From contig BQFW01000011.1 in NCBI GenBank assembly GCA_020891255.1, forward strand, positions 1,674,001 to 1,738,000: a DNA stretch of 64,000 bases, written 5' to 3'. Under the pieces are notes generated by a model, which had not been told where the DNA came from, searched no databases, and saw only the letters and a list, made by a program, of their open reading frames with translations. This document shows, piece by piece, positions 48,962 through 63,600 of this stretch; within the stretch, counting starts at the first letter, position 1; every line of letters starts with the position of its first letter. The DNA is from Entomortierella parvispora E1425. Lineage: Eukaryota > Fungi > Mortierellomycota. Position numbers and translations under genes: made by a program.

Positions 48962-49665
48962 GGAACATTTCAATGGAATTTCTCTTCTCCTGTCCTCCTC
49001 TTTTCTTTTTCTTTTGCTCCCTCGCACCTGCACCTGCACTGGGGATTCATACAGCATGGATCAAGTACTTGGCGCCGTGGGAAGGGGAGAAGAAGGAGGA
49101 AGAGAAATAGGGAAGGGAGGAGACAGGAAACAAAGTAGCCCGGGTCCATGGCAAGTTTGCCTGGTTTAGGGTTACCGCCAGGAATTGAATGTGGCGAGTT
49201 CCTCTTCATTCGACTCAGGCGCAACGAGCACAGGCACACTCGTCGCAGCAAGCGGGCGGGGTTCGTATTTGTGCACCTTCACCCGCACAATAAACACCCT
49301 CGTTCTCTTTTCCCTTCTTTCCCTTCTTCTTTTGCTTCTTTACCCCAACCTGTCTCTTTTCCAATCTCCACTCTTGACTGAAGCTGATACCCTGGAGTGT
49401 ACTCTGGCAGTGCGCTAGTTCCTCTCCCTCTATCTCTTTGCCCAACACTCATCCCTCTCTCCTCTTGTCGTACTGAAGCACCTCATAGATCAAACATAAT
49501 TTTCTGCCAGATCCATCTCCCCTGTGACCACTCATCCCCCCTATACCTTTGATACCTATACCATCGCCCATCTCAACCTTCGTCCACAGCCTCCCAGCCA
49601 GCCAGTCTCACTTTCCTCTTTCTCTTTATACCATACTGCTCAACTCCCCACTTTCCATATACACC

Positions 49666-52600
49666 ATGAAGGCACCTTCAGCAAAAACCTTTCTAAAGGG
49701 AGTGATGCTTGTCCCCTTTGTCTACCTCATTGGGGACTTTTATCTGGTCTGGCTCCATAGTGAGGGCAAGAAAGCCATCTACAGTTATTTCAACAGTCGA
49801 GACATCTTCTTTGTTGGCTTGCTGGTGCTGCCTGCGATGGTCTCTCATCTCGTCACAATCTGGGGCCACTACTATCGAGCAGACTCTCACTTTCAAAAGA
49901 GTATCGTCCAGGTTGTCTCAAGAACCGAAGATGATCTCAAGAACGGAGAGTCTAAAAGTTCAACCAAAGAAAAAAAGAAAAACACAACCTCCATCTGGGA
50001 ACGACACGATTCCTGGAAGGGGTGGACGGTCAAGGTCTGGGTTCTGGTGGCGATCTGTGTGTTTTTGAATTTTATCTGGTTCATTCAACCAGTGATCGCT
50101 TTCTTGCCCAGAGGGATCCGCTTCCTAGGCGTCTATGCCGGTTTTATGGGTAGGAGCATTGAACAGGAAAAACAATGTTGTTCCAACAGAGATCTCATGA
50201 CTTGCTGGCAAACTGAAGGGGAGGATCCTAAACATTGCTTTTTTTATGATGTCTTTTTCTCTCTCTCTCCTATCTCAGCCTATGTTGCCTACGCCAGCGG
50301 GTACGCCGCCATGGCAAGCTGCGCGATGCTCCTGCTGTTTGTACTACGACGCTCCATGTTCCAGGCAATGGGTTATACATACGCAGACCTTTTGCCATTG
50401 CATCGAGGGCTGGGTCTCGCCTTTACCTTTTGGAGCACAATTCACATGGTCTGCTATATCCTCTACTACGTTCACTTTGACGCTTTCAGGTCGCGCTTTA
50501 ACTTTGATGGCACGACCCGTGGACCTCAGAACATGCTGGCCTTGGTTGGTTATGTAAGTGCTTTTTTTTTTTTTTTTTTTTTTTTTTGGTTCAATTTTGT
50601 CCACTCGACCCTACATGGATCCCTCTATCCCTGCCCAAGGAGGTACGCCATCCCTATCGGCCCCAATTGTTTACTCACCATTTATATACTCTTATCTTCC
50701 CCTCCCCTTTCTTGGCCCTCTCCTGCCTCCACGTTTTCTTAGGCTGCGCTGATAGGACTCTATCTGACCTCTCTCCCTGCAATCCGTCGTAAAAGTTTTG
50801 GACTCTTTCTGCATGCACACCGAGCCCTGACCATTGTCATGTTCCTTGGTACACTATTGCACTTTCCTTACTACCTGATCTGGTATTACGTCCTCCCCTC
50901 CATTTGTCTTTACCTGGCCGACCGGTTCGTTCCAAAATGGATCCAGACCTTGTCCGTGGCCCCCAAGGTCACTTGCTCGTTCCAACAAGACGCCGATATC
51001 TTGACGATCCAGATTCATTCCCGAGATAGGATGCAGCCGCTCAAGCCCTATTATCCAGGCGATTACGTGAATGTGGAAATACCCCAGTTGAGCCATCGAC
51101 TCCAGGTCGCCACCATATACCATCCCTTCACCATCGCGTCGTATTGGCCTGAGGACCCTTACTCCATGACAATCTACGTCAGAACCTTTCAAGAAAACCC
51201 TGCCAGCTGGACAGGAGGTCTAGCCAAACTGTGTCTAGAGCAACAAGACAAGGAAAACGTGACAGAGAGCCCATTGACCAGACGAGAACCTATTGCGATC
51301 AAGGCCAACATTGATGGTATCTTTGGGGATCGTGACCATGATTACCTCTCGAGCAAGACTCTGGTCATCTTTTCAGGTATGCTATAGATCCCGACTGAAC
51401 CTCCTTGTGAAGAAAGGATTTGGTCCGCAGTTGTTCATTGTTTATTTCCTTTTTTTTTTAAAAAAAAAATAGCTGGCGCTGCCATTACCACATTCATGTC
51501 ACTGCTGAAGGCCATCGCTGCTCAAATTGAGGCTACGCCTTTCAAGGGTGAAACGATTCAGGTGCACTTGATCTGCACGTTTAGATACGAGAGCGAGCTT
51601 TACGCCTATGGTGATTTCATGGAGCGGATCACGCACGACCCAAGGTTCTTGTCCTGGTTGCAGACTCGTATCTACGTTTCTCGACCTGACAAGGACACCC
51701 CACCAAGCGCTTGTCCTACCGGCCAATGTACGAGTGAGTTTGTCTGTGGAGGCACTCAGAGTCCCAAAATGACAAAGATACCCAAGGTTTTGAGTGAGAT
51801 CGAGGTTGAGATCGAGGTTCCACAAGAGTCGACGTCGCTTCTTGGAAACAAGCAGCGACGCGGAAAAGCCAGGGCCCAATACGGATCCTTGTTGGCTCAA
51901 AAAGAGTCCACTTCTTCGTCGTCATCCTCCTCGTCGTCGTCGTCCGCTTGCTGTGGGGACAAATCTCTTTGCTGCCAGGGATCAGCTCAATGTGATCCAG
52001 CTTTGACTCGGGTGGCCAGCTCCTCCTCTAGCACCATTCAAGCCACTATCGTTGAAGATACCACCTTCCTCCAGACCGCGTATCCTCCAGAGACGCTTCA
52101 GAGTCATCGAGGTCTTTCCGGAAAGGGTGACGATGCTCTTCACTACTACAGCTCCCTGCCCACATTCCTGGCGGCGTCGTCGACCAAATCCTCGACCCTC
52201 CATGCCAAGAAGGATCTCGTGGCCACGACCTCTATCCTCATCATCCCCTTGGTCTCCTTCCTTTGGATCCGAACTGTCGCGCTCGAAGGCACATACAATG
52301 GCGAGACCCGATGGTGCCGTACCACCAGAGATAAAAATCAACACACGACAAACCATTGTCTGTGGGCCTACGCTCTTGTCCCGGGTATCGTTCATATCCT
52401 GGTGGCCATCATCCTCGGCTACACGGGCTTGTGGATCGCCAAGAGGCGTGCCAACAGACTCTTTCCTTGGTCGGCCGACCTCGCATCTTCTTTGTTCACT
52501 GGCGAAGACAGCACCGCATCCATGTCCGTGGCTAACGATAGTCATGCCTTGCCAAAGGGAGGAGTCGTAAGCAACGCCAGTGTTGGCGGTGCTGAGGCCA

Positions 52601-53115
52601 GAGATGCGTCCTACCAGCGACTCATCCAAGGTCTAGGTCTGCCATCGCCCTTGCCTTCGGTGTCTTCTTCCCCGTCAGGTTCCTCGTCCTCTTCGTCAAC
52701 CTTGACTCCATCCACGCCTCGTACTTCGACCTCCTTCCACCTTCCTCCCTCGTCGTCGTCACTGCCTTTGCCATCTGTGCACTTTCCTATCCGTAGACGA
52801 AAGATCCTCTTTGAGCGAGGAAGACTGCAGGTCAATCAGCACATTCAAGAACTCCAGGCCCTTGGGGTCGGTTGTGAACCTGTTACTTCAACATCCACCT
52901 TGTCGTCCTCGTCTTCCTCGTCCTCATCCTCATCCACTCCACTCTTGCAGCCTGAAGAGGGAGCAGCAGAAACAACAGAGGCAGAGACTGAAGAGTCAAG
53001 AAGCTCCGTCCTGGTCTTTGGAGCCGGTCCAGATGCGTTTGTGGATATGATCCAAGAGAGTTGCCAAAAGTTGAAATGGGACGTCGAGTTTCACAAAGAG
53101 ACCTGGGCGCCTTGA
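49666..53115 (+). CDS. Ferric/cupric reductase-family flavocytochrome (FRD + FAD- and NADPH-binding domains)
   Basis: Four exons. Heme His pairs LHRGLG......STIH and HAHRAL.......LLH; FAD motif YHPFTIAS; DGIFG; VIFS|AGAAITTF; terminal VFGAGPDAF....FHKETW. Confidence 0.88.
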
Positions 53116-53492
53116 GAAAAGAGAGAGATAGAGCGCCTGTGTATTGGAGGAAGACCATCAGACTATAGACAAAAACTCTGCATAATCACAATAAACATAC
53201 ATCCTCATTATTGATCATGTCAAAGTCAAATGTCGCTTGGACGCAAGAAGGGTCTCCGGAGTAAAGAGCCTCAAAGCGAGTGAGTGTAATGTGCCTCCAT
53301 ATTGTTTCCAAGCAGCGTTTTTTTTTTTTGGATTTGGTATTTGGTTTATTATTTATCCTAATAGTGAGTTTTTCTTCCTCCTTGTCATCTTGCTCAGTCG
53401 TCGTTCCCGGCGAAAGAGTACACGTTTCTTTGCCAGCCAGACTTTGGTGCGCCTGGACTTGGTGTTGCCTTCGTTCTTGATCCGGAAAGTAC

Positions 53493-54863
<1,371 letters not shown>

Positions 54864-55375
54864 CTGAGTGTTTTTGTGAGTGGTGGTGGAGGTGAGTAGG
54901 CGAGAGAGAGGGAGAGGAGAGAGATAGAGAGAAAAGATGAAGGGAAAGAAGAGAAGAAGAGAACGGAAAAAGAGGTTAGCATACGTCTTTCATTTGTGGT
55001 TCCACACGGTGTTGGCACGGTGACGCTTTGGAGTCCCCTGAAAAATTCCTCGCCCAGTGACCAAGGAACAGACAACAAAAACGCAGGGGGATCGAAAGGA
55101 GACGGGCCTGCCGCGTGGAAGCGCAGGAGAACTCCCACGATCCCAGAGGCAAGCAAGGAGTTACTGGCTGTCGCCCGAATGGTGGCAAGATGACAGCAGG
55201 AGACAGACAGAGCACATGTTCGACCCAATGGGCAAGGCAGGCAGGCCGTTGAGGCAAGTCCATCTGGCTCATCTCCTGAAAAAGAAGCGTGCTGCACTCC
55301 TGCCTTTTTCAGTCAGTCGACCTTGCTACTGAAGCCTTTCTGTCTTTGTCCAAGGTCGTGCGTCTTGCTGTGCCT

Positions 55376-55418
55376 GTGTCTGTCTGTCTGTCTGTCTGTC
55401 TGTATGCCTGCCTGCCTG
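55376..55418. repeat. Compound (TGTC)n(TGCC)n microsatellite upstream of actin
   Basis: tgtgtctgtctgtctgtctgtctgtctgtatgcctgcctgcctg. Confidence 0.8.
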
Positions 55419-57970
55419 TGTTTGAGAACGAAAAAGAAACGCAAGGGGGACGAGGAAGGGTGACGAGACGCGCGTGCCACCACACACAGAAACGGACAGA
55501 GGGGGAACCAGCCAACAAGTCAACGACACCAAAGAAAAAGAACAAGAGAAAGGGAGAGGCACCTACTTTGTAATGAGATGTGGATGTGGGGAGAGAGGGG
55601 GAAAGTGGGAATGATGATGAGAAAAAGAAAAAAAAAAAAAGAGGAAAAAAAGGCCAATCGACCCTGCCTCTTATACGTCCCAGTCCAGTCAGGCCAGCAC
55701 AGAAAAGAAGGTCTCAATCGTTCGTTTGTTCGTTTGTTCTGGGTGCAAGACAACACGGAAGAGCTCATCCTTCATGCTCTCTGCGCGCGCTCTCTCTCTT
55801 TCTCTCTTTCTCCCACTCTCTTCACTCGTCCTCTCGCCTGGCTCTCTTCGCTCGCTGATGGCTGCATGGTTGTGTATTAACCTTCCTCGTTCGCTGCTGG
55901 CCGATATTGATTGCTGCATGGTCGAATGTGTAAAAATAGTCCGACTTCATTTTAGAAAACCCTATAGGACTCGCCCTTTGTGTCCCCACCCCCAGGATCT
56001 GCGCTGGCAGCCATGGGGGAGAATAGGGCATTCAACTTCATCTCCCTTGTGTTGCTGGCTATCTGTTTGCTCACAAAACCCATTCTTTTTGCAGTCTGGA
56101 GCGATCGACTGAGCTCAATGGTTGCATCAAAAAAGACTTTTGTCTCTCCCTCACCTCATTTTGACTTGATCCACAAGGCAGCCGATCTATTTCTGAAGCT
56201 GTCGGTGCTGCTGCTTGAAAGTGCTCCATGGGTACCCAGCTCCTCCACTTCATGGTTCCTCTTTGCGCTTTCCCCTCCACCTTTCCCTTCGGCAATGAAG
56301 TTGACCATCAAAGCTTCACTGAATTAAACGCGTCTGGACGCGTTCCTTCCTTTGATGACGCTTTTGCACCATTGGATTGGAATGCCTGTGTTTAACAGGC
56401 AGCCGCATGGTGTTTGTTTCCCCCTTTCATTTTTTTTTTTTTTTGATCACACACCACGGAGCGGGTCTGTCCTTTGAAAGCGTCACCCTTGGTGCTGACA
56501 CGACACGATATATGACCTTGTGCCCTGACTCTTGTTTTTCTTGACTATCGAACTGGAATCAGCGCCGGGTGGACAAGGGAACCAGAACTAACCACAACAC
56601 CTTCATTATCTTCAGGGGTTCGCGTATCGACAGATAAAGAGTATGTGCACAAAAGCGTCACCACATCTTTTCCTTGTGATTGGTTCTTCCTTGAAAGTAC
56701 ATTTAAGAGAGAGCAAAAGCCTTCAAATACTTCTATTTACGTAGGTACGCAAACTTGGTGGCGCAAAATATTTCACGCCACCAACGCTCTCGGATGGATA
56801 CAGCAATTTCTGCAGGAAGCCAGCAGAGAGACGGCAAAAAGGCTGTTAGCAAGGACAGCATTCCATCGGCTGCTGCCAAGGCCCAGATCAGAGGTCTAGG
56901 GCCATATGAGTCGATTGTGCCAATCTCCTACGTTGGCGCTGTCAGATTTGTTCTTTAACGCATGGACATGGCATGTTTCCCCAATTCGACTAAAGAGAAC
57001 AGGTTTGAGCAATATGTTGAGCAGGACACTCCAAAGAGGTCCATCCAGATACATCAAATGAATGCAGTCATGGGGGGGGGGGGGCTGAGGGTTGGAACCT
57101 TCCCATTGACCTTACTCAGGAACAATGAGCTCTTTGAGTTTAGAACCAAGGGCTCGTCCTGGGATATGTACTTTCCCAACCTGCTTGCAGTTGTCCCAGT
57201 TCTGGACCAGTGTCTTTGGTGACATGGAGCCGGGTGGTGGCAGTAGAGGAGATGTCCTGTCCGGACATGTAAGTATGACCTGACCAGGGCAAGGCTACAG
57301 CCGCGTGCATTTACAGTCAGCGATATAAAGCCATGGCGCACGGTGCTCTACTTTGACAGTGAACAGCACGCGCTAATGGGTACATGAAGACAATGGCCCT
57401 GAGAAATGGGTTGTGAATGAATGCGGGGGCAACCCGTCGTATTTCGAACAGGTGCAAGGGTCGGATCAGTCACACTGGATTGGACGATGTTGTCTGTGGG
57501 CGTCAATTGGACCCTCGATCTCCCAGGATGTCTTCCCCTCATTTTTGACTTCGCTTTCTTCCTTGATTGGCCCCCGCTTGGCCATGGCCCGGTCTTGGAC
57601 TTGAGCTGCCCTGTTTGCAGAGGGATTGATGCTTAGCGGTGTCCGGGGAGGAAGAAACAATGACGAAACCAATTCTGACCCCACGAAAGCTACATTAAAA
57701 GACGCCTGCTGCTCCTCAAAGGGGTATCGCTGTCAGGTCCGATTTGTGGAGAAGAGATCGCTGGAGTGTGCGCTCCACCCCATCCTTTGTCAACTCGTCT
57801 CCTCGGGCCTTTTGTGTGACCGGAGGAGAGTCTGGAAAGCCCATAAAAGCAGAGCAAGTTTTTTTTTTCTCTTTCTTTCCTGAACTTTCATTTCCTCTTC
57901 TTTTTTTTTCTTTCTCGTTGTATCTGTATCTTCGTTCTCTCCCCACTCTTCCCCTTTAATTTCCAACGCC

Positions 57971-60276
57971 ATGACAATCTACACCTCGTCCAAACCTGAC
58001 CAGGTCATCCCTTCGATCAACGCCTACTCCTTCGCCATCTCCAATCCAAACAATACCAAGGATTCTCACCCTGTCCTCGTCGATGCTCTCACAAAACGCA
58101 CAATCACCTTTGGTGAATGGAAGCGCGATACCCGTCGTTGGGCCACCGGGCTCGAATCATTGGGCTTCAAGCGCGGCGATGTCCTTGCCCTCTTTTCCTT
58201 CAACCAGATCGACTATTCCATTACCATGTTTGGATCTTTGCTCTTGGGTGGTGTCTGCACCACTGTGAACTCTGCTTACACCGCCGACGAACTCGCCTTC
58301 CAGCTGGAGGACTCTGGAGCTTCCGTGATTGTGACCCACCCAGAGCTGCTGCCTGTAGCGATTGAGGGCGCCAAGAAGGTCGGCATCCCTATGAACAAGA
58401 TTCTCTTGTACGGAAACGAGTTTGTCCAGGGTTTCCGTCCTTATAGCTCAACTTTCCCCCCAGAGAACACGCCCGAGAGCCAGCTGGCTCAGGTCGTGAA
58501 CTTGAACGGTCAGCCTGCTTTGGAGACGACGGCCCTGATCTGCTACTCTAGCGGAACGACAGGCAAGAGCAAGGGTGTTGAATTGACCCACGTGAACTTT
58601 ATCTCGAACACCGCCCAGATTGGCCCCATGGATGGCAACATCCCCCCTCACGAAAACGTCGTCTTGGGCGTCTTGCCCATGTACCACATGTAAGTGTTGT
58701 TTCTGGTGGTTGCTTGCTGAACAATGAACCATCGGTTCGTCTTTCGAGCAAGTTGTTTTGTCACCCCCGCTATTTGCTCGGAGAGAAATTTCTTTGGTTC
58801 GCGCTTTGTGGGGAGCAATTGAGAGTTTTTGTTTGTGTTCAAACAACTCTTTCTCCCTATCTCTTTCCCTCTTGCTATCTCTCTCTCTCCTTGACAAAGG
58901 GGTCGGGCTGCTGCTCAACAGGTCGCTAACAGCTTTTTTTATGCAATCTTCTCCAGCTATGGCATTCAATTGCACTTGATGAACGGAATCTACAACGTAA
59001 GCAAAATTTCAGAGTAAAAAACGTTCGCGCTTTTGTAACCCCGAGAATGGTCTTCTTGGGATCAGGAGGACAAGTGCGATATGTGGACGGGCTTGATCGG
59101 GAAAAATGTAGCCATTTTTTTAACCCGTTTCAACATCTCCGACGTCTCCGGGTCTTTTTTTTTCTTCCTCAGGGTAACAAAACCGTTGTCCTGCAAAAGT
59201 TCACCCCTGTCGACTTTCTCAAGACCATCCAGGACTTTAAGAGTAAGCGATCAACAGAAACCTTTGGAAACAGGAGAGGAGGCAGTCATCATCCCGCTGG
59301 CATCTAACAAGTCGATTTTCATTTAAAAAAAATCTAGTCCAAACCCTGATCATTGTCCCGCCTCAAATTTTGATGATGGTCAAGGCCCCGATCGTGGATC
59401 AGTACGACCTTTCACATGTGCACCAGGTCATGTCAGGAGCTGCACCCTGCCCTGCAGAGCTCAGTCGTGCATTGGTGGCCAAGTTTAAGCACATTTCTTT
59501 TAGACAAGGCTATGGAGTTACGTATAAGAGAGATAAGGAAGGAGGGGACATGGATGCCCATCCTAGAAGTTGCAAAGAACTGTTTTTCCAAAAAAAAATC
59601 CTAACCGCGTCATCCTTCATCTCCACTTTGTTTCTGTTAATAGATGTCCGAGCTCTCGCCCGCGACCCACGTTGGTATTTATGGTGAACCTGTGCATGGA
59701 TCCATTGGAAAGGTGATGCCCAACGTTCGGGTTCGTCTTGTGGACCCCGACACTGGCAAGGATGCTGCCCAAGGCGAGCCTGGTGAGATCTGGATCCGTG
59801 GACCTAATGTCATGAAGGGCTACCGCAACAATGTCAAGGCGACTCGGGATACCATCGACTCTGAGGGATGGTTGCACACAGGTGATATCGCCATTGTGGA
59901 CGAGAATGAAAACTTTTTCATTGTGGATCGCTTGAAGGAATTGATCAAGTACAAGGGATTCCAGGTCGCCCCTGCAGAGCTGGAGGCGCTCTTGATTGCC
60001 CATCCTCAGATCTTGGATGCCGCCGTCATTGGTGTCGAAAACAAGGAGCAGGCGACCGAGGTGCCTTTGGCTTTTGTGGTCAAGAACCCCGGCCAGGACT
60101 TGACGGAACAACAGGTCATGGACTACGTGGCTTCCAAGGTCGCCGTCCACAAGAAGCTCCGTGGAGGCGTTCGCTTCATTGACGTGATCCCTAAATCGGC
60201 TGCAGGCAAGATTCTTCGCAAGGACCTGCGGGTGATGATACAGAAAGATACCCAGCCTGTCAAGGCCAAATTGTAA
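57971..60276 (+). CDS. 4-coumarate-CoA ligase/luciferase-like acyl-CoA synthetase with PTS1
   Basis: Five exons. AMP motif YSSGTTGKSKGV, LPMYH, QGYG|MSE, GWLHTGD, DRLKELIKYKGFQVAPAELE, PKSAAGKILR; ends in -AKL. Confidence 0.92.
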
Positions 60277-60380
60277 AACCCAAAAAATCAATAAACGTGG
60301 ATAAAAATCATAAAATTAAAAAAATTAGAGTAATCAGAGTATTTATTCAAGAATAACTAAACCAAAGAAAAATATCCGAG

Positions 60381-60426
60381 GAGGGGCTGTTGCAAGAGAA
60401 CTAATGTTCTCTTGCAACAGCCCCTC
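60381..60426. repeat. Perfect 21-bp inverted repeat with a 4-nt loop
   Basis: GAGGGGCTGTTGCAAGAGAAC-TAAT-GTTCTCTTGCAACAGCCCCTC; the right arm is the exact reverse complement of the left. Confidence 0.97.
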
Positions 60427-60617
60427 TTCATTGTAGGTTCGGTTCAACATCATGTAAGTTGAGTACGGGCCGTGATGGCTCCTGCTGACAGCAATGGTTC
60501 AAAAAGGGCCACACTCGACGAAAGAACAGAAGCAGGAGGCACATGGATGCCCATATTATTTATTACAAATGCCTTTTTTTTGGTTGGAGTGCAATTAGAT
60601 AGATAGGTAGGTAAGTT

Positions 60618-63600
60618 TTAAATGAAGAAATGAGTGTAGACGCGACTGTCCTCATGAACCTCCATCTCCTGGCTCTTGAATTGGTTCAACTCTAGCTTGA
60701 TCTTGTGCGCCACCGTAGGGGTGAGTCGTGAGGCTGTGATGTTGGGGTCGCTGGTTCGATCGTATTGTTCTGGGGTCCATGTTGGATGGATCATAGGTTC
60801 CTCCGTCGAGAACTGAAGCTGACGAGGGGGTCGGGGAGGGTAAAGGGACGGATCCGCGTAGTAATACTGTTGATGGTGCGGATAGTGTAAGGAGCCAAGC
60901 TGTTGCTGCTGCAACTGATGGTGGTAGAACTGTTGCTGTTGAAGCGTTTGCAGGTACTGGTGGTGATGGTAGTTCTGGACGTCCTTTGCGCTTGGGTAAA
61001 CCTGGACCGCCTGCTGTTGCTGATCGGGAAGGTACTGGTGGTAGATGGGCTGTGATGGTTGTTGCTGTGCGCTGTAGGCTCCTCGAAGAGACCCCTCTCG
61101 GACCTGAACCATCTCTGATTTCGATGCTGGAGACGAAGTGGATGATGCTTCTGTGGAAGAATTGGACATGGTCGAAGATGACTCCAGAGTCGAGGTGACT
61201 GTGACCAAGGATGGGTTCGCCTGCTGATGCTTTGGAGTCAAGATAGCGTCAGATCCAGCCGCAGCCGCCTCTCGTTCTACAGTGATGGCATGAACAGATA
61301 GCCGAGCTGCTGATGCAGGCAACAAAGCGTTGGATGCATTGCTACAACCCTCGACCTCATTGTTTGCCACCATGATCTCTGGCACCTTCTCTGCTGTCGG
61401 CGAACCGTTGGGAGATGAGAATGACGATGAAGAGTAAGATCCAGATTCTGAAAGAGAGGATGTTGATCGGAACGACGCGGCAGCTCCATCGGACAACGAT
61501 GAGGAAGACGAATAAGATTCATAAGAAGGTGAAGGAGACAGGGTGGAGAGTGGGTTACGAGGAGGCGATCCAAACTTGGTAATCACAGGAAGGACGCGCG
61601 GGGTCGTTGGACTCGAGAATGTACGAGAGTCAAAAGCGCCGCCAAGGCGATCTCCTTGGCCTGGAGGGACCATCCGGGTGGGACTTGGAGCTGCCTGCTG
61701 ATTCTCTGCTGCCTCTCCTGGGAATCCAGAAGGTCCCTCGTGTGACACGGGGGATGAACAGGACTCTGAATCCTCGGAAGCTAATGATGAGCTAGAGTCC
61801 TGCTCGCCGTGCTGGGATGGTTCACGGGGATGATGACTCAATGGGCGTTTGCCTCCACGAACCCGCTCCTGCTCCCGCCGACGATGACTCTTTGATCGCT
61901 TTGCGGCAAGTCGTTTCAAGTGGGCTTGCTGTTGCTGCTGATCTTCTGTATTCGATCTGCTCAGAGTCGCCAACTGCTTGTTTGCTTCAGACAAACGGGC
62001 CAAAGGATCCGTCTGACTAAGACGATTCCGTCCTCCTGCGCTAACGCCTGTGGGTGGATGGCTGTGTCTCTGTGTACTGTTCTGCGATCGAATCGAGGCT
62101 GCTCTGCGTCGTGACGATCGATGGACATGGTGAACTTTGGCACCAGCGGCACCCAGGTTCGAGTTGACAGTGACAGTGATTGCAGAGCGATGGGCCAAAG
62201 CAGAGCGGAGGGGCTTTGGGGGAAAAGGGGGAATATCTGTTTTCACTGGGGTGCTGCTCTTCCTTCTCAATTGCTTACTAAACACCTTGTTGAGAGTCAA
62301 TCGCTTGGGAGTGATCACAGGCGCAGACACAGGGGTGGATCCGTCCGATGCAGTGCCTGCGGGAACGCGCTCCTTGTCCCGAGGGGTTGTCGACATGAAC
62401 CTCTGCAGAGCATTGTTATTCTGGTTTCGTTTTGAGGCCGCCTGGTTCGAGTCATCCAAGTCATTCAATGAGTGGCGTCTTTGAAATCCAGCAATCTGTC
62501 GACCCACAACCGCCAGTGGGTTCTCCACGTGAGGCACAGATGATGATCGCTGTTGCTTTGAATGATTTTCAGTCTGCTCTTTTTGTTGCTGCTGTTGTGT
62601 CGAAGGAGCGTTCGCTTGGCGACCATTGAAGAAGGAAGAGATGGATGCAAAGGAGAGTCGTTTCTTGACAGTCCTGGTTGGCGTGGGCTTCAATCCCTTG
62701 ATTGCTGTAGTTTGGTTGGATGGGAGTCGCGTGTGCTCCGGGGATTCCTCTGTTGATGACTGTGGCGTGGTAGGAGACGGCGAGCTAGCTTCAGAATCAG
62801 GGTCGCTGTACAAGACGCCATTTGTCAAAAGCACCGGTGGAGTCAAATACTGGCCATTACTGTTGTTGTTTAGATTGTTGGAGGTGCTCAAGGTGGGTGC
62901 AGAGCCGCGTCTCAAAAGATTGGGTCTCGTCACTGGGCTTTCCACGGTGCTCACTGAAGACTCTGAGCCGCGGTGTTGTTGAAGGCGATCGCTGCTCACG
63001 TCTGAGGGGGCATCGTCTCCTGGAGACGCCAGCATAGCAACGTTTTCGTGTGTTTGTTGAGCGACCGCAAGCATGCCCAGGGATGATTCACGTGGAGAAT
63101 AGGTCGGGGTGGTCACGCTGCTGTTATTGTCGGATTGGATGGATTGTTTGGCGACAAAGACCTTGCGAAGTTTGGCCGCGAACGAAGTCTTTTTACGGAT
63201 AACCTGGACAGGGCGTTGCCCTTGCTGTTGTTCCTGTTGGTGTTGTCCCTGATGGGGTTGCCCCAGGTGAGGTTGCAGGCTCTCCAGGACAAAGGAGGAC
63301 CCAAAATCTAGTGGTGAGGCAATAGCCGGGTCAATTGGCCCTGTCAGAGTGGCCGAAGGATTGATCGAATCGGGGTCTGGATCCATTTGAAGCGGGTGAA
63401 TCGATTGTTGATCCATCGATGCTCTTGCTACTGCTGCGGCCGAGGTGGTCGCAGAGAAAGAAGAAGGGGTAGTGGTGACGCCCGTGCTCGACTTTGCCAT
63501 GGTGAGTGTTGAAAAAGAAGAGATGGGTTCATCTGCCTCCTGCATACCACCGATAATATGGCCGTGTGTTCTATTTTCGTCCATTGTTGAAGATAATTGT

